Made by a program: the position numbers and the translations under genes | Shown here: piece by piece, positions 16,101 through 31,100 of the stretch | Layout of the letters: each line of letters starts with the position of its first letter | Numbering within the stretch: position 1 is the first letter of the stretch | DNA from: Eledone cirrhosa | Taxonomy: Eukaryota | Direction of reading: 5' to 3' | Assembly: GCA_964016885.1 (NCBI GenBank) | Contig: OZ024752.1 | Coordinates: 17,670,001-17,734,000, forward strand | DNA: 64,000 nt | Notes under the pieces: model-generated | Seen by the model: the letters and a program-made list of their open reading frames with translations, nothing else | The model's database searches: none | Told to the model about the DNA's origin: nothing

Positions 16101-19100
16101 TTCTTATATGGTGTACAACTCCACCATTCTAATTCCTTCTTATATGGTCTACAACTCCACCATTCTAACTCCTTCTTATATGGTCTACAACTCCCCCATT
16201 CTAATTCTTTCTTATATGGTCTACAACTCCACCATTCTAACTCCTTCTTATATGGTCTACAACTCCACCATTCTAACTCCTTCTTATATGGTCTACAACT
16301 GCACCATTCTAACTCCTTCTTATATGGTCTACAACTCCACCATTCTAAATCCTTCTTATATGGTCTACAACTCCACCATTCTAATTCCTTCTTATATGGT
16401 CTACAACTCCACTATTCTAACTCATTCTTATATGGTCTACAACTCCACCATTCTAATTCCTTCTTATATGGTCTACAACTCCACCATTCTTATTCCTTTT
16501 TATATGGTCTACAACTCCACCATTCTAATTCCTTCTTATATGGTCTACAACTCCACCATTCTAACGCCTTCTTATATGGTCTACAACTCCACCATTCTAA
16601 CGCCTTCTTATATGGTGTACAACTCCACCATTCTAATTCCTTCTTATATGGTCTACAACTCCACCATTCTAACTCCATCTTATATGGTCTACAACTCGAC
16701 CATTCTAACTCCTTCTTATATGGTCTACAACTCCACCATTCTAATTCCTTCTTATATGGTCTACAACTCCACCATTCTAATTCCTTCTTATATGGTCTAC
16801 AACTCCACCATTCTAATTCCTTATTATATGGTCTACAACTCCACCATTCTAACTCCTTCTTATATGGTCTACAACTCCACCATTCTAACTCCTTCTTATA
16901 CGGTCTACAACTGCACCATTCTAACTCCTTCTTATATGGCCTACAACTCCACCATTCTAACTCCTTCTTATATGGTGTAAAACTCCACCATTCTAACTCC
17001 TTCTTATATGGTGTACAACTCCACCATTCTAATTCCTTCTTATATGGTCTACAACTCCACCATTCTAATTCCTTCTTATAGGGTCTACAACTCCACCATT
17101 CTAACTCCTTCTTATATGGTGTACAACTCCACCATTCTAATTCCTTGTTATATGGTCTACAACTCCACCATTCTAATTCCTTCTTATATGGTCTACAACT
17201 CCCCCATTCTAATTCCTTCTTATATGGTCTACAACTCCACAATTCTAACTCCTTATATGGTCTACAACTCCACCATTCTAACTCCTTCTTATATGGTCTA
17301 CAACTGCACCATTCTAACTCCTTCTTATATGGTCTACAACTCTACCATTCTAACTCCTTCTTATATGGTCGACAACTCCACCATTCTAATTCCTTCTTAT
17401 ATGGTCTACAACTGCACCATTCTAACTCCTTCTTATATGGTGTACAACTCCACCATTCTAACTCCTTCTTATATGGTGTACAACTCCACCATTCTAATTC
17501 CTTCTTATATGGTCTACAACTCCACCATTCTAACTCCTTCTTATATGGTCTACAACTCCACCATTCTAATTCCTTCTTATATGGTGTACGACTCCACCAT
17601 TCTAACTCCTTCATATGTGGTCTACAACTCCACCATTCTAACTCCTTTTTATATGGTGTACAACTCCACCATTCTAATTCCTTCTTATATGGTCTACAAC
17701 TCCACCATTCTAACTCCTTCATATATGGTCTACAACTCCACCATTCTAACTCCTTCTTATATGGTCTACAACTCCACCATTCTAATTCCTTCTTATATGG
17801 TCTACAACTCCACCATTCTAATTCCTTCTTATATGGTCTACAACTCCACCATTCTAACGCCTTCTTATATGGTCTACAACTCCACCATTCTAACGCCTTC
17901 TTATATGGTGTACAACTCCACCTTTCTAATTCCTTCTTATATGGTCTACAACTCCACCATTCTAACTCCTTCTTATATGGTCTACAACTCCACCATTCTA
18001 ACTCCTTCTTATATGGTCTACAACTCCACCATTCTAATTCCTTCTTATATGGTCTACAACTCCCCCATTCTAATTCCTTCTTATATGGTCTACAACTCCA
18101 CCATTCTAATTCCTTCTTATATGGTCTACAACTCCACCATTCTAACTCCTTCTTATATGGTCTACAACTCCACCATTCTAACTCCTTCTTATATGGTCTA
18201 CAACTGCACCATTCTAACTCCTTCTTATATGTTCTACAACTCCACCATTCTAACTCCTTCTTATATGGTGTACATCTCCACCATTCTAACTCCTTCTTAT
18301 ATGGTGTACAACTCCACCATTCTAATTCCTTCTTATATGGTCTACAACTCCACCATTCTAATTCCTTCTTATATGGTCTACAACTCCACCATTCTAACTC
18401 CTTCTTATATGGTGTACACCTCCACCATTCTAATTCCTTCTTATATGGTCTACAACTCCACCATTCTAACTCCTTCTTATATGGTCTACAACTCCCCCAT
18501 TCTAATTCCTTCTTATATGGTCTACAACTACACTATTCTAACTCCTTCTTATATGGTCTACAACTCCACCATTCTAATTCCTTCTTATATGGTCTATAAC
18601 TCCACCATTCTAACTCCTTCATATATGGTCTACAACTCCACCATTCTAACTCCTTCTTATATGGTCTACAACTCCACCATTCTATCTCCTTCTTATATGG
18701 TCTACAACTCCACCATGCTAACTCCTTCTTATATGGTCTACAACTCTACCATTCTAACTCATTCTTATATGTTCTACAACTCCACCATTCTAACTCCTTC
18801 TTATATGGTCTACAACTCCACCATTCTAACTCCTTCTTATATGGTCTACAACTCCACCATTCTAACTCCTTCTTATATGGTGTACAACTCCACCATTCTA
18901 ATTCCTTCATATATGTGTACAACTCCACCATTCTAACTCCTTCTTATATGGTCTACAACTTCACCATTCTAACTCCTTCTTATATGGTCTACAACTCAAC
19001 CATTCTAACTCCTTCTTATATGGTGTACAACTCCACCATTCTAAGTCCTTCTTATATGGTGTACAACTCCACCATTCTAACTCCTTCATATATGGTCTAC

Positions 19101-22100
19101 AACTCCACCATTCTAACTCCTTCTTATATGGTGTACAACTCCACCATTCTAATTGCTTCTTATATGGTCTACAACTCCACAATTCTAACTCTTTCTTATA
19201 TGGTCTACACCTCCACCATTCTAACTCCTTCTGATATGGTCTACAACTCCACCATTCTAAATCCTTCTTATATGGTCTACAACTCCACCATTCTACTTCC
19301 TTCTTATATGGTCTACAACTCCACTATTCTAACTCATTCTTATATGGTCTACAACTCCACCATTCTAATTCCTTCTTATATGGTCTACAACTCCACCATT
19401 CTAATTCCTTCTTATATGGTCTACAACTCCACCATTCTAACGCCTTCTTATATGGTCTACAACTCCACCATTCTAACGCCTTCTTATATGGTGTACAACT
19501 CCACCATTCTAATTCCTTCTTATATGGGCTACAACTCCACCATTCTAACTCCATCTTATATGGTCTACAACTCCACCATTCTAACTCCTTCTTATATGGT
19601 CTACAACTCCACCATTCTAATTCCTTCTTATATGGTCTACAACTCCAACATTCTAATTCCTTCTTATATGGTCTACAACTCCACCATTCTAATTCCTTCT
19701 TATATGGTCTACAACTCCACCATTCTAACTCCTTCTTATATGGTCTACAACTCCACCATTCTAACTCCTTCTTATATGGTCTACAACTGCACCATTCTAA
19801 CTCCTTCTTATATGGTCTACAACTCCACCATTCTAACTCCTTCTTATATGGTCTACAACTCCACCATTCTAACTCCTTCTTATATGGTGTACAACTCCAC
19901 CATTCTAATTCCTTCTTATATGGTCTACAACTCCACCATTCTAATTCCTTCTTATATGGTCTACAACTCCACCATTCTAACTCCTTCTTATATGGTGTAC
20001 AACTCCACCATTCTAATTCCTTCTTATATGGTCTACAACTCCACCATTCTAACTCCTTCTTATTTGGTCTACAACTCCCCCATTCTAATTCTTTCTTATA
20101 TGGTCTACAACTCCACCATTCTAACTCCTTCTTATATGGTCTACAACTCCACCATTCTAACTCCTTCTTATATGGTCTACAACTGCACCATTCTAACTCC
20201 TTCTTATATGGTCTACAACTCCACCATTCTAAATCCTTCTTATATGGTCTACAACTCCACCATTCTAATTCCTTCTTATATGGTCTACAACTCCACTATT
20301 CTAACTCATTCTTATATGGTCTACAACTCCACCATTCTAATTCCTTCTTATATGGTCTACAACTCCACCATTCTTATTCCTTCTTATATGGTCTACAACT
20401 CCACCATTCTAATTCCTTCTTATATGGTCTACAACTCCACCATTCTAACGCCTTCTTATATGGTCTACAACTCCACCATTCTAACGCCTTCTTATATGGT
20501 GTACAACTCCACCATTCTAATTCCTTCTTATATGGTCTACAACTCCACCATTCTAACTCCATCTTATATGGTCTACAACTCGACCATTCTAACTCCTTCT
20601 TATATGGTCTACAACTCCACCATTCTAATTCCTACTTATATGGTCTACAACTCCACCATTCTAATTCCTTCTTATATGGTCTACAACTCCACCATGCTAA
20701 TTCCTTATTATATGGTCTACAACTCCACCATTCTAACTCCTTCTTATATGGTCTACAACTCCACCATTCTAACTCCTTCTTATACGGTCTACAACTGCAC
20801 CATTCTAACTCCTTCTTATATGGCCTACAACTCCACCATTCTAACTCCTTCTTATATGGTGTAAAACTCCACCATTCTAACTCCTTCTTATATGGTGTAC
20901 AACTCCACCATTCTAATTCCTTCTTATATGGTCTACAACTCCACCATTCTAATTCCTTCTTATAGGGTCTACAACTCCACCATTCTAACTCCTTCTTATA
21001 TGGTGTACAACTCCACCATTCTAATTCCTTGTTATATGGTCTACAACTCCACCATTCTAATTCCTTCTTATATGGTCTACAACTCCCCCATTCTAATTCC
21101 TTCTTATATGGTCTACAACTCCACAATTCTAACTCCTTCTTATATGGTCTACAACTCCACCATTCTAACTCCTTCTTATATGGTCTACAACTGCACCATT
21201 CTAACTCCTTCTTATATGGTCTACAACTCCACCATTCTAACTCCTTCTTATATGGTCGACAACTCCACCATTCTAATTCCTTCTTATATGGTCTACAACT
21301 GCACCATTCTAACTCCTTCTTATATGGTCTACAACTCCACCATTCTAACTCCTTCTTATATGGTGTACAACTCCACCATTCTAACTCCTTCTTATATGGT
21401 GTACAACTCCACCATTCTAATTCCTTCTTATATGGACTACAACTCCACCATTCTAATTCCTTCTTATATGGTCTACAACTCCACCATTCTAATTCCTTCT
21501 TATATGGTCTACAACTCCACCATTCTAACTCCTTCTTATATGGTCTACAACTCCACCATTCTAACTCCTTCTTATATGGTCTACAACTCCACCATTCTAA
21601 CTCCTTCTTATATGGTGTACAACTCCACCATCCTAAGTCCTTCTTATATGGTGTACAACTCCACCATTCTAACTCCTTCATATATGGTCTACAACTCCAC
21701 CATTCTAACTCCTTCTTATATGGTGTACAACTCAACCATTCTAATTGCTTCTTATATGGTCTACAACTCCACCATTACCATTCTAACTCTTTCTTATATG
21801 GTCTACAACTCCACCATTCTAACTCCATCTTTTATGGTCTACAACTCCACCATTCTAAATCCTTCTTATATGGTTTACAACTCCACCATTCTAATTCCTT
21901 CTTATATGGTCTACAACTCCACTATTCTAACTCATTCTTATATGGTCTACAACTCCACCATTCTAATTCCTTCTTATATGGTCTACAACTCCACCATTCT
22001 AACTCCTTCTTATATGGTCTACAACTCCACCATTCTAATTCCTTCTTATATGGTGTACGACTCCACCATTCTAACTCCTTCATATGTGGTCTACAACTCC

Positions 22101-25100
22101 ACCATTCTAACTCCTTTTTATATGGTGTACAACTCCACCATTCTAATTCCTTCTTATATGGTCTACAACTCCACCATTCTAACTCCTTCATATATGGTCT
22201 ACAACTCCACCATTCTAACTCCTTCTTATATGGTCTACAACTCCACCATTCTAATTCCTTCTTATATGGTCTACAACTCCACCATTCTAATTCCTTCTTA
22301 TATGGTCTACAACTCCACCATTCTAACGCCTTCTTATATGGTCTACAACTCCACCATTCTAACGCCTTCTTATATGGTGTACAACTCCACCATTCTAATT
22401 CCTTCTTATATGGTCTACAACTCCACCATTCTAACTCCTTCTTATATGGTCTACAACTCCACCATTCTAACTCCTTCTTATATGGTCTACAACTCCACCA
22501 TTCTAATTCCTTCTTATATGGTCTACAACTCCCCCATTCTAATTCCTTCTTATATGGTCTACAACTCCACCATTCTAATTCCTTCTTACATGGTCTACAA
22601 CTCCACCATTCTAACTCCTTCTTCTATGGTCTACAACTCCACCATTCTAACTCCTTCTTATATGGTCTACAACTGCACCATTCTAACTCCTTCTTATATG
22701 TTCTACAACTCCACCATTCTAACTCCTTCTTATATGGTGTACATCTCCACCATTCTAACTCCTTCTTATATGGTGTACAACTCCACCATTCTAATTCCTT
22801 CTTATATGGTCTACAACTCCACCATTCTAATTCCTTCTTATATGGTCTACAACTCCACCATTCTAACTCCTTCTTATATGGTGTACACCTCCACCATTCT
22901 AATTCCTTCTTATATGGTCTACAACTCCACCATTCAAACGCCTTCTTATATGGTCTACAACTCCCCCATTCTAATTCCTTCTTATATGGTCTACAACTAC
23001 ACTATTCTAACTCCTTCTTATATGGTCTACAACTCCACCATTCTAATTCCTTCTTATATGGTCTATAACTCCACCATTCTAACTCCTTCATATATGGTCT
23101 ACAACTCCACCATTCTAACTCCTTCTTATATGGTCTACAACTCCACCATTCTATCTCCTTCTTATATGGTCTACAACTCCACCATGCTAACTCCTTCTTA
23201 TATGGTCTACAACTCTACCATTCTAACTCATTCTTATATGTTCTACAACTCCACCATTCTAACTCCTTCTTATATGGTCTACAACTCCACCATTCTAACT
23301 CCTTCTTATATGGTCTACAACTCCACCATTCTAACTCCTTCTTATATGGTGTACAACTCCACCATTCTAATTCCTTCATATATGTGTACAACTCCACCAT
23401 TCTAATTCCTTCTTATATGGTCTACAACTTCACCATTCTAACTCCTTCTTATATGGTCTACAACTCAACCATTCTAACTCCTTCTTATATGGTGTACAAC
23501 TCCACCATTCTAAGTCCTTCTTATATGGTGTACAACTCCACCATTCTAACTCCTTCATATATGGTCTACAACTCCACCATTCTAACTCCTTCTTATATGG
23601 TGTACAACTCCACCATTCTAATTGCTTCTTATATGGTCTACAACTCCACAATTCTAACTCTTTCTTATATGGTCTACACCTCTACCATTCTAACTCCTTC
23701 TGATATGGTCTACAACTCCACCATTCTAAATCCTTCTTATATGGTCTACAACTCCACCATTCTACTTCCTTCTTATATGGTCTACAACTCCACTATTCTA
23801 ACTCATTCTTATATGGTCTACAACTCCACCATTCTAATTCCTTCTTATATGGTCTACAACTCCACCATTCTAATTCCTTCTTATATGGTCTACAACTCCA
23901 CCATTCTAACGCCTTCTTATATGGTCTACAACTCCACCATTCTAACGCCTTCTTATATGGTGTACAACTCCACCATTCTAATTCCTTCTTATATGGGCTA
24001 CAACTCCACCATTCTAACTCCATCTTATATGGTCTACAACTCCACCATTCTAACTCCTTCTTATATGGTCTACAACTCCACCATTCTAATTCCTTCTTAT
24101 ATGGTCTACAACTCCAACATTCTAATTCCTTCTTATATGGTCTACAACTCCACCATTCTAATTCCTTCTTATATGGTCTACAACTCCACCATTCTAACTC
24201 CTTCTTATATGGTCTACAACTCCACCATTCTAACTCCTTCTTATATGGTCTACAACTGCACCATTCTAACTCCTTCTTATATGGTCTACAACTCCACCAT
24301 TCTAACTCCTTCTTATATGGTGTACAACTCCACCATTCTAACTCCTTCTTATATGGTGTACAACTCCACCATTCTAATTCCTTCTTATATGGTCTACAAC
24401 TCCACCATTCTAATTCCTTCTTATATGGTCTACAACTCCACCATTCTAACTCCTTCTTATATGGTGTACAACTCCACCATTCTAATTCCTTCTTATATGG
24501 TCTACAACTCCACCATTCTAACTCCTTCTTATATGGTCTACAACTCCCCCATTCTAATTCTTTCTTATATGGTCTACAACTCCACCATTCTAACTCCTTC
24601 TTATATGGTCTACAACTCCACCATTCTAACTCCTTCTTATATGGTCTACAACTGCACCATTCTAACTCCTTCTTATATGGTCTACAACTCCACCATTCTA
24701 AATCCTTCTTATATGGTCTACAACTCCACCATTCTAATTCCTTCTTATATGGTCTACAACTCCACTATTCTAACTCATTCTTATATGGTCTACAACTCCA
24801 CCATTCTAATTCCTTCTTATATGGTCTACAACTCCACCATTCTTATTCCTTCTTATATGGTCTACAACTCCACCATTCTAATTCCTTCTTATATGGTCTA
24901 CAACTCCACCATTCTAACGCCTTCTTATATGGTCTACAACTCCACCAATCTAACGCCTTCTTATATGGTGTACAACTCCACCATTCTAATTCCTTCTTAT
25001 ATGGTCTACAACTCCACCATTCTAACTCCATCTTATATGGTCTACAACTCGACCATTCTAACTCCTTCTTATATGGTCTACAACTCCACCATTCTAATTC

Positions 25101-28100
25101 CTTCTTATATGGTCTACAACTCCACCATTCTAATTCCTTCTTATATGGTCTACAACTCCACCATTCTAATTCCTTATTATATGGTCTACAACTCCACCAT
25201 TCTAACTCCTTCTTATATGGTCTACAACTCCACCATTCTAACTCCTTCTTATACGGTCTACAACTGCACCATTCTAACTCCTTCTTATATGGCCTACAAC
25301 TCCACCATTCTAACTCCTTCTTATATGGTGTACAACTCCACCATTCTAATTCCTTCTTATATGGTCTACAACTCCACCATTCTAATTCCTTCTTATAGGG
25401 TCTACAACTCCACCATTCTAACTCCTTCTTATATGGTGTACAACTCCACCATTCTAATTCCTTCTTATATGGTCTACAACTCCACCATTCTAATTCCTTC
25501 TTATATGGTCTACAACTCCCCCATTCTAATTCCTTCTTATATGGTCTACAACTCCACAATTCTAACTCCTTCTTATATGGTCTACAACTCCACCATTCTA
25601 ACTCCTTCTTATATGGTCTACAACTGCACCATTCTAACTCCTTCTTATATGGTCTACAACTCCACCATTCTAACTCCTTCTTATATGGTCTACAACTCCA
25701 CCATTCTAATTCCTTCTTATATGGTCTACAACTGCACCATTCTAACTCCTTCTTATATGGTCTACAACTCCACCATTCTAACTCCTTCTTATATGCTGTA
25801 CAACTCCACCATTCTAACTCCTTCTTATATGGTGTACAACTCCACCATTCTAATTCCTTCTTATATGGTCTACAACTCCACCATTCTAATTCCTTCTTAT
25901 ATGGTCTACAACTCCACCATTCTAATTCCTTCTTATATGGTCTACAACTCCACCATTCTAACTCCTTCTTATATGGTCTACAACTCCACCATTCTAACTC
26001 CTTCTTATATGGTCTACAACTCCACCATTCTAACTCCTTCTTATATGGTGTACAACTCCACCATCCTAAGTCCTTCTTATATGGTGTACAACTCCACCAT
26101 TCTAACTCCTTCATATATGGTCTACAACTCCACCATTCTAACTCCTTCTTATATGGTGTACAACTCAACCATTCTAATTGCTTCTTATATGGTCTACAAC
26201 TCCACCATTACCATTCTAACTCTTTCTTATATGGTCTACAACTCCACCATTCTAACTCCATCTTTTATGGTCTACAACTCCACCATTCTAAATCCTTCTT
26301 ATATGGTCTACAACTCCACCATTCTAATTCCTTCTTATATGGTCTACAACTCCACTATTCTAACTCATTCTTATATGGTCTACAACTCCACCATTCTAAT
26401 TCCTTCTTATATGGTCTACAACTCCACCATTCTAACTCCTTCTTATATGGTCTACAACTCCACCATTCTAATTCCTTCTTATATGGTGTACGACTCCACC
26501 ATTCTAACTCCTTCATATGTGGTCTACAACTCCACCATTCTAACTCCTTTTTATATGGTGTACAACTCCACCATTCTAATTCCTTCTTATATGGTCTACA
26601 ACTCCACCATTCTAACTCCTTCATATATGGTCTACAACTCCACCATTCTAACTCCTTCTTATATGGTCTACAACTCCACCATTCTAATTCCTTCTTATAT
26701 GGTCTACAACTCCACCATTCTAATTCCTTCTTATATGGTCTACAACTCCACCATTCTAACGCCTTCTTATATGGTCTACAACTCCACCATTCTAACGCCT
26801 TCTTATATGGTGTACAACTCCACCATTCTAATTCCTTCTTATATGGTCTACAACTCCACCATTCTAACTCCTTCTTATCTGGTCTACAACTCCACCATTC
26901 TAACTCCTTCTTATATGGTCTACAACTCCACCATTCTAATTCCTTCTTATATGGTCTACAACTCCCCCATTCTAATTCCTTCTTATATGGTCTACAACTC
27001 CACCATTCTAATTCCTTCTTATATGGTCTACAACTCCACCATTCTAACTCCTTCTTATATGGTCTACAACTCCACCATTCTAACTCCTTCTTATATGGTC
27101 TACAACTGCACCATTCTAACTCCTTCTTATATGTTCTACAACTCCACCATTCTAACTCCTTCTTATATGGTGTACATCTCCACCATTCTAACTCCTTCTT
27201 ATATGGTGTACAACTCCACCATTCTAATTCCTTCTTATATGGTCTACAACTCCACCATTCTAATTCCTTCTTATATGGTCTACAACTCCACCATTCTAAC
27301 TCCTTCTTATATGGTGTACACCTCCACCATTCTAATTCCTTCTTATATGGTCTACAACTCCACCATTCTAACTCCTTCTTATATGGTCTACAACTCCACC
27401 ATTCTAATTCCTTCTTATATGGTCTACAACTACACTATTCTAACTCCTTCTTATATGGTCTACAACTCCACCATTCTAATTCCTTCTTATATGGTCTATA
27501 ACTCCACCATTCTAACTCCTTCTTATATGGTCTACAACTCCACCATTCTAACTCCTTCTTATATGGTCTACAACTCCACCATTCTAACTCCTTCTTATAT
27601 GGTCTACAACTGCACCATTCTAACTCCTTCTTATATGGTCTACAACTCCACCATTCTAACTCCTTCTTATATGGTGTACAACTCCACCATTCTAACTCCT
27701 TCTTATATGGTGTACAACTCCACCATTCTAATTCCTTCTTATATGGTCTACAACTCCACCATTCTAATTCCTTCTTATATGGTCTACAACTCCACCATTC
27801 TAACTCCTTCTTATATGGTGTACAACTCCACCATTCTAATTCCTTCTTATATGGTCTACAACTCCACTATTCTAACTCCTTCTTATATGGTCTACAACTC
27901 CCCCATTCTAATTCTTTCTTATATGGTCTACAACTCCACCATTCTAACTCCTTCTTATATGGTCTACAACTCCACCATTCTAACTCCTTCTTATATGGTC
28001 TACAACTGCACCATTCTAACTCCTTCTTATATGGTCTACAACTCCACCATTCTAAATCCTTCTTATATGGTCTACAACTCCACCATTCTAATTCCTTCTT

Positions 28101-31100
28101 ATATGGTCTACAACTCCACTATTCTAACTCATTCTTATATGGTCTACAACTCCACCATTCTAATTCCTTCTTATATGGTCTACAACTCCACCATTCTTAT
28201 TCCTTCTTATATGGTCTACAACTCCACCATTCTAATTCCTTCTTATATGGTCTACAACTCCACCATTCTAACGCCTTCTTATATGGTCTACAACTCCACC
28301 ATTCTAACGCCTTCTTATATGGTGTACAACTCCACCATTCTAATTCCTTCTTATATGGTCTACAACTCCACCATTCTAACTCCATCTTATATGGTCTACA
28401 ACTCGACCATTCTAACTCCTTCTTATATGGTCTACAACTCCACCATTCTAATTCCTTCTTATATGGTCTACAACTCCACCATTCTAATACCTTCTTATAT
28501 GGTCTACAACTCCACCATTCTAATTCCTTATTATATGGTCTACAACTCCACCATTCTAACTCCTTCTTATATGGTCTACAACTCCACCATTCTAACTCCT
28601 TCTTATACGGTCTACAACTGCACCATTCTAACTCCTTCTTATATGGCCTACAACTCCACCATTCTAACTCCTTCTTATATGGTGTACAACTCCACCATTC
28701 TAATTCCTTCTTATATGGTCTACAACTCCACCATTCTAATTCCTTCTTATAGGGTCTACAACTCCACCATTCTAACTCCTTCTTATATGGTGTACAACTC
28801 CCCCATTCTAATTCCTTCTTATATGGTCTACAACTCCACAATTCTAACTCCTTCTTATATGGTCTACAACTCCACCATTCTAACTCCTTCTTATATGGTC
28901 TACAACTGCACCATTCTAACTCCTTCTTATATGGTCTACAACTCCACCATTCTAACTCCTTCTTATATGGTCTACAACTCCACCATTCTAATTCCTTCTT
29001 ATATGGTCTACAACTGCACCATTCTAACTCCTTCTTATATGGTCTACAACTCCACCATTCTAACTCCTTCTTATATGGTGTACAACTCCACCATTCTAAC
29101 TCCTTCTTATATGGTGTACAACTCCACCATTCTAATTCCTTCTTATATGGTCTACAACTCCACCATTCTAATTCCTTCTTATATGGTCTACAACTCCACC
29201 ATTCTAACTCCTTCTTATATGGTCTACAACTCCACCATTCTAACTCCTTCATATATGGTCTACAACTCCACCATTCTAACTCCTTCTTATATGGTGTACA
29301 ACTCAACCATTCTAATTGCTTCTTATATGGTCTACAACTCCACCATTACCATTCAAACTCTTTCTTATATGGTCTACAACTCCACCATTCTAACTCCATC
29401 TTTTATGGTCTACAACTCCACCATTCTAAATCCTTCTTATATGGTCTACAACTCCACCATTCTAATTCCTTCTTATATGGTCTACAACTCCACTATTCTA
29501 ACTCATTCTTATATGGTCTACAACTCCACCATTCTAATTCCTTCTTATATGGTCTACAACTCCACCATTCTAACTCCTTCTTATATGGTCTACAACTCCA
29601 CCATTCTAATTCCTTCTTATATGGTGTACGACTCCACCATTCTAACTCCTTCCTATGTGGTCTACAACTCCACCATTCTTACTCCTTTTTATATGGTGTA
29701 CAACTCCACCATTCTAATTCCTTCTTATATGGTCTACAACTCCACCATTCTAACTCCTTCATATATGGTCTACAACTCCACCATTCTAACTCCTTCTTAT
29801 ATGGTCTACAACTCCACCATTCTAACGCCTTCTTATATGGTCTACAACTCCACCATTCTAACGCCTTCTTATATGGTGTACAACTCCACCATTCTAATTC
29901 CTTCTTATATGGTCTACAACTCCACCATTCTAACTCCTTCTTATATGGTCTACAACTCCACCATTCTAACTCCTTCTTATATGGTCTACAACTCCCCCAT
30001 TCTAATTCCTTCTTATATGGTCTACAACTCCACCATTCTAATTCCTTCTTATATGGTCTACAACTCCACCATTCTAACTCCTTCTTATATGGTCTACAGC
30101 TCCACCATTCTAACTCCTTCTTATATGGTCTACAACTGCACCATTCTAACTCCTTCTTATATGTTCTACAACTCCACCATTCTAACTCCTTCTTATATGG
30201 TGTACATCTCCACCATTCTAACTCCTTCTTATATGGTGTACAACTCCACCATTCTAATTCCTTCTTATATGGTCTACAACTCCACCATTCTAATTCCTTC
30301 TTATATGGTCTACAACTCCACCATTCTAACTCCTTCTTATATGGTGTACACCTCCACCATTCTAATTCCTTCTTATATGGTCTACAACTCCACCATTCTA
30401 ACTCCTTCTTATATGGTCTACAACTCCCCCATTCTAATTCCTTCTCATATGGTCTACAACTACACTATTCTAACTCCTTCTTATATGGTCTACAACTCCA
30501 CCATTCTAATTCCTTCTTATATGGTCTATAACTCCACCATTCTAACTCCTTCATATATGGTCTACAACTCCACCATTCTAACTCCTTCTTATATGGTCTA
30601 CAACTCCACCATTCTATCTCCTTCTTATATGGTCTACAACTCCACCATGCTAACTCCTTCTTATATGGTCTACAACTCTACCATTCTAACTCATTCTTAT
30701 ATGTTCTACAACTCCACCATTCTAACTCCTTCTTATATGGTCTACAACTCCACCATTCTAACTCCTTCTTATATGGTCTACAACTCCACCATTCTAACTC
30801 CTTCTTATATGGTGTACAACTCCACCATTCTAACTCCTTCTTATATGGTCTACAACTCCACCATTCTAACTCCTTCTTATATGGTCTACAACTCCACCAT
30901 TCTAATTCCTTCATATATGTGTACAACTCCACTATTCTAACTCCTTCTTATATGGTCTACAACTTCACCATTCTAACTCCTTCTTATATGGTCTACAACT
31001 CAACCATTCTAACTCCTTCTTATATGGTGTACAACTCCACCATTCTAAGTCCTTCTTATATGGTGTACAACTCCACCATTCTAACTCCTTCATATATGGT